Shown: positions 25,437 through 39,800, counted from the first letter of the stretch. The stretch: DNA of 64,000 nt from Planktothrix sp. GU0601_MAG3 (GCA_035193785.1 CP136572.1:2516578-2580577), one strand, 5' to 3'. Translations and numbers: made by a program. The notes: generated from the sequence alone by a model not told the origin.

Positions 25437-25676
25437 TTAATTTGGTAATTTCTTAATAACTTTAGCCGGATTACCAGCAACGACGGTGAAGGCTTCCACA
25501 TCTTTAGTGACAACAGAACTAGCGCCAATAATAGCTCCTTTGCCGATAGTAACTCCCTCAAGAATAGCGACATTAAATCCAATCCAAACATGATCTTCTA
25601 TGATCACTGGGGCTGATTTTACGTCTAGTTCTTTAGCATCTTTAATAAGAGATAGTTTTAATATCTTACTCATCAA
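25437..25676 (-). pseudogene. Short (79 aa) hexapeptide-repeat O-acyltransferase, C-terminal part only
   Basis: [38 protein letters not shown]; start overlaps the aerM stop. Confidence 0.65.
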
Positions 25677-28600
25677 GACTTTGGTGGTATTAAGTAACCA
25701 CTTTGAACAAAATAATCAAAGTAAGTTTTTAATACGGAGTTGTCTATGGGCGGAAAATTAAAGTCAGTTTCTTTCAATCCTATTAGGGTGTTTTGATGGT
25801 CAAATTGGGGAGGATTCCCTCGTTCCAAATTTTCATCAGAGAAGTTACTAAGGACTGGTGACAAGACATGATCTTGATTTATTTTACAGTATTCTGCTAA
25901 ATGCGATCGCCATTTTTCAAAAGATACTGACTCTAGGGGATAACCCATTTCCCGAATGTAATTAAATAAAGTATTATTGGGGGTGGGATGGGAATTTAGC
26001 AAATGAAATGCTTTACCCAAAGAGGTTTCTTGACGGGCTAAATGCACAATCGCCGCACTGACATAATCCACAGGAGTTAGGTCTTCATTACTATCCCCAA
26101 AATCGGGAAACATTCCCAATTGAATACAACCTTTAATCATACGACAAAATAAATCTTGAGTGTTACAAATCCCCGTTTTACTATGGCCAATAATACGAGA
26201 TGCTCTAAAAATGGTAATGGGTAAACCCCGTTGACGTGCTTCTAAAATTAATTTTTCTGCTACCCATTTACTTTGGGTATAGCCCGCATTGAGTCCATGA
26301 TTGATACCCAGGGGATCGGACTCTTGAATTAAATTACCTTGGGCATAGGTCGATGAAAAAACGGAAATAGTCGAGATAAAATGGACGGGTTTAGTTTTAT
26401 TTAAACAGGCGAGTCTTAGAATTTCTTCTGTGCCGAAAACGTTGGCAGGTTTGACAATAGAATAGGGATATAAAGCATTGACCCAAGCTCCATTATGATA
26501 AATAACATCAATTGTTTCTGCTAGTTCTAAAAAATCCGGTTCACACAATCCTAAATATTTTTGGGATAAGTCACCGATAACAGGAATAATGCGCTGATTT
26601 TGATTTTCATTGCCTAATTGAAAGGTTTTCAATTTATCGTTGATTTTAGCTAGGGCTGCCTCCAAATGATGACTACGAATTAAACAATAGATATTAGCTT
26701 CAGTTTTTTCTAATAGTTTTCTGCTAATAAATGAATCCCGAGAAAACCCGTCACTCCCGTTAGCAAAATATTAACGGGATTGGCAGTAAATTGATAATCC
26801 TGATTCGGCGGTTGAATGGCATCATCTAAAATAATTTCTGTTTGCCAATCGGGAGTTTGAGTCCTGTCAAAATCCTTAGGTAAAGTTTGAGCTAGGTAAT
26901 TATCTAAATTGGTGGCTAATCCGGCAATTGTTGGTTCAGCAAAGAGATAATTTAAGGGGATATTAATTAATAGTTTTTCCCGCAGTCGAGCCATCATCTG
27001 GGCTGCATTTAAGGAATGTCCTCCCAGGTTAAAAAAGTTATCAAAAATATTAATATTCCCTAAGCCTAAAACCTCTTGCCAAATATCGGCAACAATTTTT
27101 TCCATAGGGGTACGGGGCAGAATTAAGGTTTCATTCCCATCATTTTTTATCGGTATTGGTAAAGCATGACGATCAATTTTCCCACTACTCATTAGGGGCA
27201 ATTCTTTAAGCTCTACAAAAAAGGAAGGAATCATATAATTTGGTAACTTTTCTTTCAAAAAAGACCGCAATTTTGGAATTTCTATAGATGGCAATTCCGG
27301 CACAATATAGGCAACTAATTGTTTATTATTAGGCTCATCTTCCCTGACAATAACTGCGTTAGCTTGTAGGCCAGGATATTCTGCTAGGACGGCTTCAATT
27401 TCACCAATTTCAATACGAAAACCGCGAATTTTGACTTGATTATCAATTCTTCCTAAAAATTCAATATTGCCATCGGGCTGATAACGGGCTAAATCTCCTG
27501 TTTTATATAAACGCCGGGTTTGAGACCCATTAAAGGCATGGGTAATAAATTTTTCAGTAGTTAAATCCTCTCGATTGAGATAGCCTTGGGCTAACCCTAA
27601 ACCCCCAATTAATAATTCTCCTGGAATCCCAATAGGAAGTTGTTGCAGATGGCGATCGCAGATATAAATTTGGGTATTATTGATGGGTTTACCAATGGAA
27701 ACGGAATGAATTTGATTCTTTTTATCCTTGAAGTTAGGGTTAAATAAAGTAGTGGTAATCGTTGCTTCCGTCGGGCCGTAAGCATTCAGCCAAATTAAGT
27801 CATCTCGTTGATAATTAGCGACTATTTTTTGCCAAAGGGTTAATCGTTCTAATAATACTTTTTCACTGCCAGTAATCACTAAGCGTAAGGATTTTGCTAA
27901 GGGCATTTGACTGTGGAATAAATCTAAAACCCATTCATGCCAATAGGTCGCAGGAAGATTAATAATTGTTAAACTTTTTTGCTGAATAAATTGTGAAAAA
28001 TCCCGGAAAGTCGGAAATAGTATTTTAGGTCGCAGGATTAATGTTGCACCGCTTAACAGCGTGGGAAAAATTTCTTCAGCGGCAACATCAAAGGTAAAAG
28101 TGGCGAATTGTAAAACCCGATCTTGCTCGGTTAAATTATAGGCTTTAATAATCGCTAAATTGTGATTGACTAAACTTTCATGTTTAATCATTACTCCTTT
28201 GGGATTGCCCGTTGAACCCGATGTATAAATCAGATAAGCTAAATGCTTGGGGGTGATGGAGTTGGCTAAATTTTCTGGGCTGTGGGTGGCAATTGCCTTC
28301 GCTTCTGTGTCGAGATCAACAACTTTGGCTTGATGGTTAATTACTAAATTTTTTAGGCTATTTTGAGTAATTAATACCGCTATCTGAGCATCATTTAAAA
28401 TATATTCTAACCGCTCTTGGGGATAATCTTCTCCTACAATAATATAAACTCCACCCGCTTTAAGAATGGCTAATAAAGCAATGATAATAGACGGCGATCG
28501 CTCTAAATAAATACCCACGAAAGAACCCGGTTTAACTCCCTGGGATTGTAAATAATGGGCTAATTGATTGACTTGCTGATTTAAGGTTTGATAGGTAATT

Positions 28601-30160
28601 TTTTCCGATTCACATTCTAGGGCGATCGCCTGGGGAGTTTTTAAAACTTGATTTTCCCATAATTCCTGAACACAGACGTTGGGTTTTTCCGTTGTATTAG
28701 TGTTGTTCCACTGGGCAAATAATTGATATTCTGCATCGCTAACTAGGGGTAATAATTCAATTAATTGCTCTGGATTTGCGACAATTCCAGTTAGTAAAAT
28801 TTGAAAGTGATTAATTAAACGCTCAATGGTATCTTGATTAAATAAAGCGCAATTATAATCGAAGGAAACCTACTAAACCTTCGGCGGTTTCCTGCATTGC
28901 TAAGGTTAAATCAAATTGAGCAATTAGGGCATTTAGGGGAACGGGTGTTAACTGTAAATCTCCGATCTGAAAATTATCTATATGTAGTTTATCTTCCCAA
29001 GAAAACATGACTTGAAATAGCGGACTATAGCTAATATTTCGCTCAGGATTAACGACTTCGACCACTTTTTCTAGGGGCAAATCTTGATGCTCATAGGCAT
29101 CTAAAACCACCTGTTTAACTTGAGCAAGCAGGGCTTGAAAAGAAAGATTTTCAGTTAAATGACTCCGAATTACTAAAGTATTAATAAAACAGCCAATTAA
29201 CGGTTCAATTTCCTGAAATTGCCTGTTACCCGCAGGAATACCAATCACAATATCTTTTTGACTACTATAGCGATATAGCAAAACACTAAATGCTGCTAAT
29301 AAAGTCATATTGAGAGTAGTAGCCGAGTTTTGACTTAGGGTTTTAAGTTGTTGGCTTAATTCGCCATTGAGTTTAAATTTACAACTATCACCCTGAAAGG
29401 TTTGCAAAGGCGGACGAGGAGAATCCCAGGGAAGTTCTAATAGGGGAGGAATACCCGCCAATTGTTGTTGCCAATAAGTGGTTTGTTGGGTTAATTTATC
29501 TCCTTGTAATTGCTGCCTTTGCCATACCGTAAAATCTCCATATTGGATCGGTAAATCTGTTAAAGGATTAGCTTCTTGTTTCAGCAAGGCTTGATATAAA
29601 CTAGAAAGTTCTTGTAATAAAACTTTCATTGACCAACCATCAAAAACAGAATGGTGTAAACTGAGAAATAAAATATGAGATTCCGCGCTCAATTTGACTA
29701 TTAAAGTTCGCATTAAGGGAGCTTGAGTTAGGTCAAAGGGCGTATAAATTTCTTGATTGGTTAATCGAGTAACTTCTTCAGTTTGTCGGCTTAAAGATAA
29801 AGATTCTAAATTAATTAAGGGTAAATTTAAGGAAATTTTATGATCAATAATTTGTTGGGGAATTTCATCTATTTCTTGAAAACTGGTACGCAAAACCTCA
29901 TGGCGTTGGACAATGATTTCTAGGGATTTTCTTAATATTTCAACTTCTAAATTGCCTTCTATTTGAAGACGAAAAGGCATATTATAGGTATAACCCTGAT
30001 CTTCTAATTGATAGAGAAACCACAATCTTTCCTGGGAAAAAGAGAGGGGAAGTGGCTGGGAAATATCTCTGGGGGGTATGGTATTGGCTTTTAATCCAAT
30101 CCCTTTTTTTTGTAATAAAAGTCTCAGTAGTTTTTGTTTATCTTGAAATTTATTATTCAT
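25673..30160 (-). CDS. aerM: NRPS C-A-T-R (terminal thioester reductase), Arg-type A domain (~1494 aa joined)
   Basis: [32 protein letters not shown] and YTQSK; hand-read pocket code DVENIGAIT; joined across 28865 and 26716. Confidence 0.85.
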
Positions 30161-30205
30161 AATTATAATAGTTAAAGCTAATCTGATTTTAAAATCGTAG
30201 TTTTT

Positions 30206-30237
30206 CCCCCTTAAATCCCCCTGGGAATGGGGGACTT
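30206..30237. repeat. Cyanobacterial intergenic palindromic repeat (CCCCC-TAAATCCCCC..GGGGACTT type)
   Basis: Hairpin; degenerate relative at ~35297-35325. Confidence 0.6.
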
Positions 30238-30301
30238 ACTTGAATTTTTAAGAGGTTTATTTTTCCTCCTAAACCATTCGTTTTCTAATGTTTAGCAGAT
30301 C

Positions 30302-31078
30302 CTAAATGGCTGTATAGCCTCCATCCACCATTAAAATTGCTCCCGTCACATAGGAAGATGCGTCCGAAGCTAAAAATATAATGGGGCCAATTAATTCTGA
30401 CAATTCACCTGTACGTTTCATAGGAATTCTAGTATAAAGTTCATTCATTTCATCGGGTGTTGAACGTAATCCTTCTGTTCCTGCCATCATATTATTCATG
30501 TAACCAGGGGCAAAAACATTCACGCGAATGCCTTGATTTCCTAATTCCACAGCCATCGTTCTTGCTAGTTGATTAACACCTCCTTTAGCGGCGGCATAGG
30601 CCCCGGATGATTTGGGAACAGCGACGATACTGGCAATAGAAGAATTCATAATAATTGAACCTTTTTTACCCTGTTTAACCATTTGTTTTGCCGCCAATTG
30701 AGCGCAATTAAAATAGCCTTTCAAGTCAACATTAATCACCGAATCCCATTCTGATTCCTCTAATTCATCGGTGGTTTTGAGAATTTCAATCCCGGCATTA
30801 CAAACCATAATATCGAGTTGACCATAATGGGCGATCGCCTGTTCAATTAAATTCAGACAATCTTGACGATTACAAACATCGGTGTAAATAGCCACCGCTT
30901 CCCCCCCCGCTTGTTGAATCAGTTTAGCGGTTTCTTCAGCCTCCGTTTGATTTATATCGGCAATTACAACCTTAGCCCCAGCTTGAGCCAAACCCTGGGC
31001 AACAACTTTACCAATACCTCTGGCGGCTCCCGTAATAATGGCAACTTTAGCTGTTAAATCGAAAAGATGATTGTTCAT
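30302..31078 (-). CDS. SDR oxidoreductase within the aeruginosin cluster
   Basis: TGAARGIG, NAG, YAAAK, VDGG. Confidence 0.9.
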   Translation of the reverse strand: MNNHLFDLTAKVAIITGAARGIGKVVAQGLAQAGAKVVIADINQTEAEETAKLIQQAGGEAVAIYTDVCNRQDCLNLIEQAIAHYGQLDIMVCNAGIEILKTTDELEESEWDSVINVDLKGYFNCAQLAAKQMVKQGKKGSIIMNSSIASIVAVPKSSGAYAAAKGGVNQLARTMAVELGNQGIRVNVFAPGYMNNMMAGTEGLRSTPDEMNELYTRIPMKRTGELSELIGPIIFLASDASSYVTGAILMVDGGYTAI

Positions 31079-31134
31079 TGTTTTAATTAGATTTGAAGAT
31101 ATTATTTTTTAAACCTTAATCACAAGGGTATTGC

Positions 31135-34100
31135 TTAATCCTGGGATAATAAGGCTTTGACTTCTTCAGGAGACATTTTAGCAATTTCTTGAACCGTAAT
31201 AGCAATTTCGTTCAGTAAATTTTCATCTCCCACGGATTGACTCATTTCCTTTACTAATTGGGCGATTGTCGGATGATTAAATACTTGACGCACGGCAACT
31301 TCTATTTCTAAGGTTTGCCGAATTTTACTAATTAGTTGAATTGCCTTTAAAGAATGTCCTCCTAAAATAAAGAAATCATCCTCAATCCCGACTTTTTCTA
31401 CCGCTAAAATCTCGGCCCAAATTTCCGTCATTACTTCTTCAATTGGACTACGAGGTGCGCGGTAAGTTTGCGTTAATAAAGCTTGATTTTGATCGGGTAT
31501 TGGTAAGGCTTGACGATCCACTTTTCCGTTAGGACTTAGCTTAAAAGATGTCATCGGCACAAAAGCAGACGGGATCATATAGTCGGGTAGCCATTGCCCT
31601 AAAAACCGACGTAATTCTGCAATATTAATGGTTACTCCTGGACGGGGAATAAAATAGGCAACTAGGGATTTTTCCCTCGCCGTTTCACCTTGAAACTGTA
31701 GCCACTCCCTGAATAATTTGGGGATATTGATTTAAAATGGCTTCCACTTCTCCTAATTCAATTCTATAACCTCTAACTTTGACTACATCATCTATTCTGC
31801 CTAAATATTCCAGATCTCCATTGGGTAAATAACGGGCTAAATCGCCGGTTTTATACAGAAAAGAATTTGCCTGAAAAGGGTCAGGAATAAATTTTTTCTG
31901 GGTTAATTCAGGATTATTAAAATAACCCCGGGCTAACCCACCACCAGCGACATATAATTCACCAATAATACCAATCGGAACGGGCTGAAGATAGGAGTTT
32001 AACAGATAAATTTGAACGTTGACAGCGGCTTTCCCAATCGGTACATATTGAGGCCAATGATCGGGTTGTTGATCAAACTGATAACTGGTGACTAAATCCG
32101 CTTCTGTGGGGCCATAAAAATTATAAAGAGTACAATTTTTAAGTTGCTTAAATAAAGCTATCATGGGTGGGGTAATTTGTAGTTGTTCTCCTGCGGAAAT
32201 AATTTCCCGGAGGTTAGCAAATACCTGGGGTTGTTGGCTATAGGTTTCGATGAGTTGTTGTAATAGAGTGACTGGTAAAATTGCTTTATGGATAGGATTA
32301 TTCGCCAGTAAATTAGTTAATTTTACAAGATCTAATCGGGACTCATCGGTAGCAATAAAGAGGGTTCCTCCTAAACACCAAGCCGCAAACATTTCATGGT
32401 AACTAACATCAAAATTAAAAGGAGCAAATTGCAAGAAATTCCTTTCCGGTGACATTTTAGCCCGATGATGCTCAATCAGATTAGTTAAGGATTGATGGGG
32501 GATCATAATTCCTTTGGGAACCCCCGTAGAGCCAGAACTATAAATAATATAGGCTAAATCTGTTAACTCCATCGGAATATCAAGATTGGTCTGGGATTCT
32601 AAGCTAATTTCTGGCAATTCTTGATCTAGTAAAATAACTTGATTAATATTTTTTGGGGTTAATAAAGATTGGCAATCTTTTTGAGTTAATAATAGGTTAA
32701 GTTGGGTATCCTGTAGAATATAATTGAGTCTTTCCGGGGGATAGCTTGGGTCTAAGGGCACACAAACTCCGCCAACTTTTAACACAGCTAAAATGGCAAT
32801 CGCCACGTTAAGAGAACGTTCTAAACCAATACCGACTAAGGTTTGGGGAACAACGCCTCTTTTTTGCAAGTAATGGGCTAATTGATTAGCCTGCTGATTT
32901 AATTCTTGATAAGTTAATTTTTGGTTCTGAAAAACGGCGGCTAAAGTATCAGGGGTCTTGATAACTTGTTGTTCAAATAATTGCTGAACACAGGCTTTTA
33001 GAGGATTTTCAGGAGTTGTTTGATTCCAGTCAACTAACAATAATTGACGTTTCTGTTGGGGTTAAAATCGGTAATTCCTGAATCGTCGCCTGGGGATGAT
33101 TAGCCATTCCTGCTAATAGGGTTTGAAAATGACCGATCATCCGCTCAATCACCTGATCTTCAAAACGTTCTTGAGGATAGATAATTTTGCCCGTTAATGT
33201 CTCACCTGGGGTAACAATTAATGTTAAAGGATAATCGGCGTGGCCATTATCTCGCATTTCACCTAATCGCAATCCATCAATAGACTGTTGCTTGACATCA
33301 CTAAAAGGTAAATTTTCAAAAACCACAAAACTTTCAAATACCGATTTAGGCGCGGGAATCTCGCTCCATTTTTGAATATCTACTAGGGGACTGTAGGCAT
33401 AGTTATCCCGTTCTAAATGTTCTTTTTGTAACTGTTGTAACCAGGGAATTAACTGGACTTTAGGATCAATTTTAACTCGCACAGGTAGGGTATTTACAAA
33501 TATTCCCACCATTAAATCAATGCCTTTAAAACTGGGGGTACGGCCAGAAACAGTCGCACCAAAAACCACATCTAACTCGCTACTATAATGGTGTAATAGT
33601 AAGGCCCAAGCAGCCTGAATAAAAAGGGAAAGAGTTAGATGATTTTCTTTAGCTATTTGTTTAAGGGTGATCGTGATTTCCCTAGATAGTTGAAATTTTT
33701 GATGGGTATAGGTTTTGCCCGGGGAAACTAGACTATTAACGGGTTTATCTACTGTTAAGGGAGTGGGTGAAGTAAATCCTTTAAGATTTTGTCGCCAAAA
33801 GCTTTCCGCTTGGGTTTGATCTTGCCGTTGTATCCAATTAATATAATCTTGATAGGGACGGGGTGCGGGCAGAATTACGGGCTGATTTTTAATGATTCCA
33901 TTATAAAACTCTAGGGCTTCTTTTAAGGCGATCGCGATTCCCCAACCATCGGATAAAATATGATGACCTGTATTTATAAATTCGTATTTTTGATCTTCTA
34001 AGCGAATTAATGCAAATCGGATTAAGGGAACTTTATCCAGTTCAAAGTATTGATCCTGATCTGCTTTTAAAAAATCCTGAAGTTGTTTTTCCTGTTCGAT

Positions 34101-34412
34101 GGCAGAAAGCGATCGCCAATCATAATTAACCCAGGGTATGGTAACATTTTTTCTGACAATTTGCAGAGGTTGTTTAGATTTTTTCCAGGCAAAGCAAGTC
34201 CGAAAAATGCCATGCCGATCAACAATTTGCTGCCAAGCTAATTCAAAAGCTTTGGCATCAAGATCACCGGATAAGGTGATTAAAATTTGCGATAAATAAA
34301 CCTTAGATTCGGAATTGTATAAGGTATGAAAAAGCATCCCCAACTGCATTGGAGAAAGGGGATAGATAGACTCAATATCTTTTTTATTCAGACTGGATTT
34401 TTGAGAAGTCAC
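31135..34412 (-). CDS. aerG: NRPS C-A-T, Choi-activating module (~1091 aa joined)
   Basis: DCL-like start IYPLSPMQLGMLFH, HHILSDG; Pro-like pocket code DVHIIAFLV; follows aerDEF; joined across 33049 and 31692. Confidence 0.88.
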
Positions 34413-34451
34413 AATTTTTTTCCTTTAATAAATATAAAAATAAATTAATCC

Positions 34452-35253
34452 CTAAAAAGCTGAAGCAGATATTCCTCCATCCACAGGAATCGTTATACCC
34501 GTCATATAACTAGCGCATTCTGAGGCTAAAAAAACCGCCAAATTAGCTAATTCTTCACTGCGACCAATGCGATTCATCGGAATATTTTTAATTATTTCCT
34601 GCCTGATTAAGTCGGGGGTAGTACCTTCTTTTTTGGCATAAACTTGGAGATATTCTCGATGTCTGGGTGTATCAATAACCCCAGGATTAATACTGTTAAT
34701 TAAAACACAAGATGCTGCTGATTGTCTAGCAACGGATTTCGTAAAATTCATTAATGCGGCATTGACTACCCCTGACTTGACCAAACGGGGTGAGGGTTTC
34801 TTTACCTGAAGTACCAATAATATTGATAATTCGTCCCCATTGTTGCTGTTTCATGCTCGGTAATACTAAATTAGTTAAGCGAATATAACCCATTAATTTA
34901 CCTTGAAAAACCGTTAACCAGTCTTCATCAGAAAGGTTCTCAATTAAATTTTCTGTAAAATTTGCTCCTTCAGAATTATTCACTAAAATGTCGATGCTAC
35001 CATATTTTTTCAAGGATTCTTGAACAAGTCGCTCTGAATCCTCGGCTTGATGAACGTCGGCGGATAAACTAAGAACTTGCTGGGAAGGATAGGCTTGAAT
35101 CAGGGACTGATAAGCCTCTTGCAGTTGTTGGGAATTGCGACCACAAATAATCAGATTACACCCTTCCTCAGCCAATTTTTCAGCAATAGTAAAACCAATA
35201 CCCGCACTACTCCCCGTCACCAAAGCAACTTTGTTTTTTAATCCCAAATCCAT
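34452..35253 (-). CDS. aerF: SDR reductase of Choi biosynthesis (BacG-like)
   Basis: TGSSAGIG; lacks canonical YxxxK; follows the cupin gene; joined across 34796. Confidence 0.85.
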
Positions 35254-35347
35254 AAAATTTAGCCCTGTTTTTAAGTATTAGAAAAAATTTAACTACCCCT
35301 AAGTCCCACTTTTGAATAGGGACTTACTCGAATTTACAAGATGTCTA

Positions 35348-35969
35348 TTAAATCAAAATCTTGATTAAATAAATTTCCTGATTCGATAAATTATTGCCTC
35401 GGTGTAAAACCTGTGATGGGGCATAATAAATTTGATCAGAATTTAAGCATTGTTCCTCATTGTCTATGATTATTTGTAGTTCCCCATTCAGAATAAAACC
35501 TATTTCTGCCTGCTCCGATTGATGGGAGGGAATCGGACAACCCGAAGGAATTTTAATCATGGAAATTTTAAACCAAGCCCCCGTAACTGACTGACAGGGT
35601 AGATTAGTGATGGTATCTTGATCAGGGAGAAGTTTTAAGATTGACGTTTCCGAATTATCAGTGATTCTTTTGATATCAAAGACCGTAGTTATTTCAGGTA
35701 AAGGATTAAACGCTCCATGCAGAAGGTTAGACTCAGCAACATAGACATGATATAAGGGTTGCATCAGGGTTTTATTGCCATTGAGATCCATGACTAAACT
35801 ACCATTTAAAATCATTCCTAATTGGCTTTCTTTATGTTGATGGGGTTCCAATTGGGCGTTGGGTTTCCACTGATGCAAATTGAAAAATAGTATCCTGACA
35901 GTTAAAAACTTTTAATTCTATGCCTGAGCTAAGTTGCATTAATTCATAATTGGGAAAAAATTGAGACAT
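35348..35969 (-). CDS. aerE: Bicupin isomerase (BacB-like)
   Basis: HQHKESQ and HQSEQAE cupin motifs; N-terminus MSQFFPN restored across 35863-35867. Confidence 0.85.
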
Positions 35970-36070
35970 GATTTTTGTAATATATTTCAAAGATTTGCTG
36001 TTAAAAATGGAAAACTTTAGTTTTTTTAATAAATCAAAAATAGAGCAAAAACATCAATATGCTTTACGGC

Positions 36071-36694
36071 TTAAAATAGAGAATCCTCTCGATCAATGCT
36101 ATTTTTTTTCTTGTGAAATAAAGACCAACTCATTTCTATTTCCCCGTATTGAGCAATAAATTCTAAATCATTATCTCGTAGGGCATTCTCATTTGTAATC
36201 GCCAAATCAGCCAATCCTTGCTTCACTTGAATTGCTGCCGCGCTGGTGGAATTAACTAACTCGACTTTTATGTTATTTTGGTCTAAATAATCTGGCAATA
36301 AATAGGGTAGTAGAGGCAAGGGAGCCGGATGGGTGACTAGAGTACAATCATCAGAAGCTAATTCTACATTTTTGCGTTTGGCTAACCCATAAACCGGGGT
36401 AGGATAAATAAAAATAAAACCTAATTGAAAACTCGGTTCCATATAAAAATCGTTGATTTTTTCATAGGCATGGGGAACTAATGCTAAGTCTATTTCTTCA
36501 TCAAGTAGGGATTGTTTTAATTCTGTAAAAGTATCAAATAAATGAATGATCACAGAAATTTTTTCGGCTTGCCATTGGGTGACAAGATAATGTAAAGTTT
36601 GCTCACTGCTGGTTTCCTTTGGCCCTAAAGTGCCAACCCTTAACGTTTGGTTATGAGTTGCAGAACAACAAAATTCCATTGAGAACTCTAGCAT
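36071..36694 (-). CDS. aerD: Prephenate decarboxylase (BacA-like)
   Basis: TLGPKETSSE, LVPHAY, THPAP, STSAAA. Confidence 0.88.
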   Translation of the reverse strand: MLEFSMEFCCSATHNQTLRVGTLGPKETSSEQTLHYLVTQWQAEKISVIIHLFDTFTELKQSLLDEEIDLALVPHAYEKINDFYMEPSFQLGFIFIYPTPVYGLAKRKNVELASDDCTLVTHPAPLPLLPYLLPDYLDQNNIKVELVNSTSAAAIQVKQGLADLAITNENALRDNDLEFIAQYGEIEMSWSLFHKKKNSIDREDSLF

Positions 36695-36834
36695 ACTTTT
36701 AAGACTCCAGAGGTTTTAAGGACGGATAAGTTAACATTACTGTGTGCTTAAACCGGTGATTAATTATTGAGTAATAACTTAACAATCGGGTTCTGATAAA
36801 TTTCTATCTGAGATCAAAACAAAATCTGCTGTAA

Positions 36835-39800
36835 TTACTCTAATTCTAAGAGCAATTCGTCTAGTTCTGTTTGATTAAGATCGGCATCGGGAAAATCCGA
36901 GGGAGTGTAACCTCCTTCTGCTGATAGACAATGATTGATCAGGGACTCTAAAGATTTTTGATAAGTATGAGCTAAATTTTCTATCGTTGTTTTTTGATGA
37001 AAATTTTCACTATATTGCCATTCTATTTCTAGTCTGCCTGAGACAATAATGCTATTAATCTCAATTAAATGGGGACGTCGGCCCAAAGGACTATGAATAG
37101 AAAACCGCTCGACTCCTTAGAAAATTGCCAGCCAACCTCTGCTATCTGCTCCCCCGTAAATTGCCCTAAATAATTAAAGCCAACTTCCGGTTTCGGGGCG
37201 TTGCGGAAATGGGATTGAATGGTTAAATCTGAGTTGAGATAATAGCCAATCCCATAATCAACTCCTCGACGGGGAATTTGTCGCAATTGCTCTTTTACCG
37301 ACTTGAGAGATTCACCTGGATGGTTAATCGTTTCTAGGGTCAGATAAACGGGGAAAATACTGGTAAACCAGCCTACCGTTCGCGACAGATTTAAAGAGTT
37401 CATTAAATTTTCCCTGCCATGACCTTCTATGTCAAGTAAAAGAGCCGGAAAATTTGTCCAATCAGCGAAAGTTTGTATTAAAGCAGTTAGTAATACATCA
37501 TTTATTTGGGTATTATAGGCCCGGGGAACATCCTGTAAGAGCGATCGTGTTTGGCTTTCTGTTAAGCAAAAGGAAAGAATTTTAGCACTGGCCACGGTGT
37601 TAGCGGTGACATCCGCTTGATAATCGCGGGGAAGGGAGGACAGGGCAGAAAAATCCCGGGTTAACCAATAGTCTAAGGATGCCTTAAGTTCGGGGCTTTG
37701 AGCATAAATTTGGAGTTCTTCAGCCCAATCTTTAAAGGAGCTAGTTTTCGGGGGTAATTGGGGAGTTTCAGCTTTTTCTAACTGTTGATAAGCGGTGGCT
37801 AAATCTTCGAGAAGAATCCGCCAAGAAACACCATCTACGGCTAAATGATGGATAACAATTGATAATTTTATGGCGTTAGCTAATTGACAGTAAACAACTG
37901 CAACTAAGGGGCCTTGTTCTAAATTTAATAATCTTTGTTGCTTATCTATTATGGTTGTTAGATTTGTTAGTTGTTCCTGGTCAGATAAGGAAGATAAATC
38001 TACAACTTCCAAGGTAAAGGAATGGCAGTCTTCACTATTATATTGTTGCCATTTTTCGTCTTTTTTTATAAAGCGTAAACGTAGGGCGTCATGGTGATCA
38101 AGTAACTGCGCAATAGCCGTTTTTAATAAATCAGGTTTTAGATTATTGCCAACCTCCAACAACATCGCTTGATTAAAGTGATGGGGTTTCGGGTAAATTT
38201 TGCTCAAAAAACCACTGTTGAATCGGAGTTAGGGGAACATTACCCGTAACTAAACCCTGCATGATTTCAGTCACGGGAGCTATTTCGGTTACGGTGGCTA
38301 ATTGGCTGATTGTTTGATGACTAAATAACTGATTTGGAGTAATTTGTAACCCGGCTTGATTGGCTTTAGCAATAATTTGAATTGCCAAAATCGAATCCCC
38401 ACCCAATTCAAAAAAGTTGTCATTAATGCTAACTTGTTTAAGTCCTAAGACAGTTTGCCAAATATCAGCTAAGGTTTTTTCAATCTCCGTACTGGGGATA
38501 ACCTGGTTGGCGGTGTTATCTAACTTAATTTCGGGTTCGGGTAGGGCGCGACGATCAATTTTGCCATTAGTTGTCAGGGGAAATGCCTCTAAAAAAATCA
38601 AGAAAGCTGGAACCATATAATGGGGTAACTTGTCTTGCAAAAATAGACGCAATTCGCCGGAGGTTAATTCTGAAGTTTCAGGAATAATATAGGCAGATAC
38701 ACGCTTTGTTCCCAGTTCATCTTCCCTGACAATCACAATTCCTTCTCTCACTTGAGGATGTTGAGTGAGAACAACTTCTATTTCTCCTAATTCAATTCTA
38801 AAACCTCTAATTTTTACTTGATCATCAATCCGACCGATAAATTCAATTTGTCCCTGGTTTTGGTAACGAACTAAATCCCCAGTTTTATATAATTTGGAAT
38901 TTTGATTCTCAAAAGGATGGGGAATAAATTTCTCTTGTGTCAATTCCGGTCGATTCAGATAGCCCCGTGCTAACCCAGCCCCGCCAATATGTAATTCTCC
39001 TGGTACACCTACAGGAAACTGGTTGCAGGTTTTCGTCCAGCAAATAGATTTGTGTATTGGCAATCGGTTTACCAATCGGAATGGTAATGGCCATAGCGGG
39101 TAAGTTTTCCACTAAATACCAAGACGAAAACGTAGTATTTTCCGTCGGCCCATAAACATGAAGCAATTTTTCCGGCGCACCCTTATCTAGTACCTCTTGC
39201 ACCCATTTCGGATCAACTGCTTCTCCGCCAAAGAGTAGGTATCGCAACTCACTAAAAGCCCAGGGGACTAAACTAGCTAACTGATTGAATAAGGCTGTGG
39301 TTAAAAATAAGACACTGATCTGATTTTCCTTCAGACTGAGGGCGAATTCTTGGGGCGAAAGTAATAGGGATTTGGTTAAAATTACTATCTTAGCTCCATT
39401 CAACAAGGCTCCCCAAATTTCAAAGGTGGCTGCATCAAAAGCGATATTGGATGCTTGAACAATCCGGTCATCCGACGTCAACTGGATATAATTGGTATTT
39501 AAGACCAGCCGATTCACTGCTTGATGATTGACGACAACGCCTTTGGGAATTCCCGTAGAACCAGAGGTATAAATTATGTATGCTAGATTTTCCGCAGAAA
39601 CCGCAATATTAAGATTATCTTGACTTTCCTGGTTAATAGTCTGCCAATCTTTATCTAAACAAACGACACGGGCTTCATGGGTTGGGAAAGAGGCGATTAA
39701 AGACTCCTGAGTTAACAGGACTTTCACCTGAGTATCGGTAAGCATAAAGCTTAGGCGTTCGGTGGGATAATCTGGATCGAGAGGTACATAAGCTCCCCCC

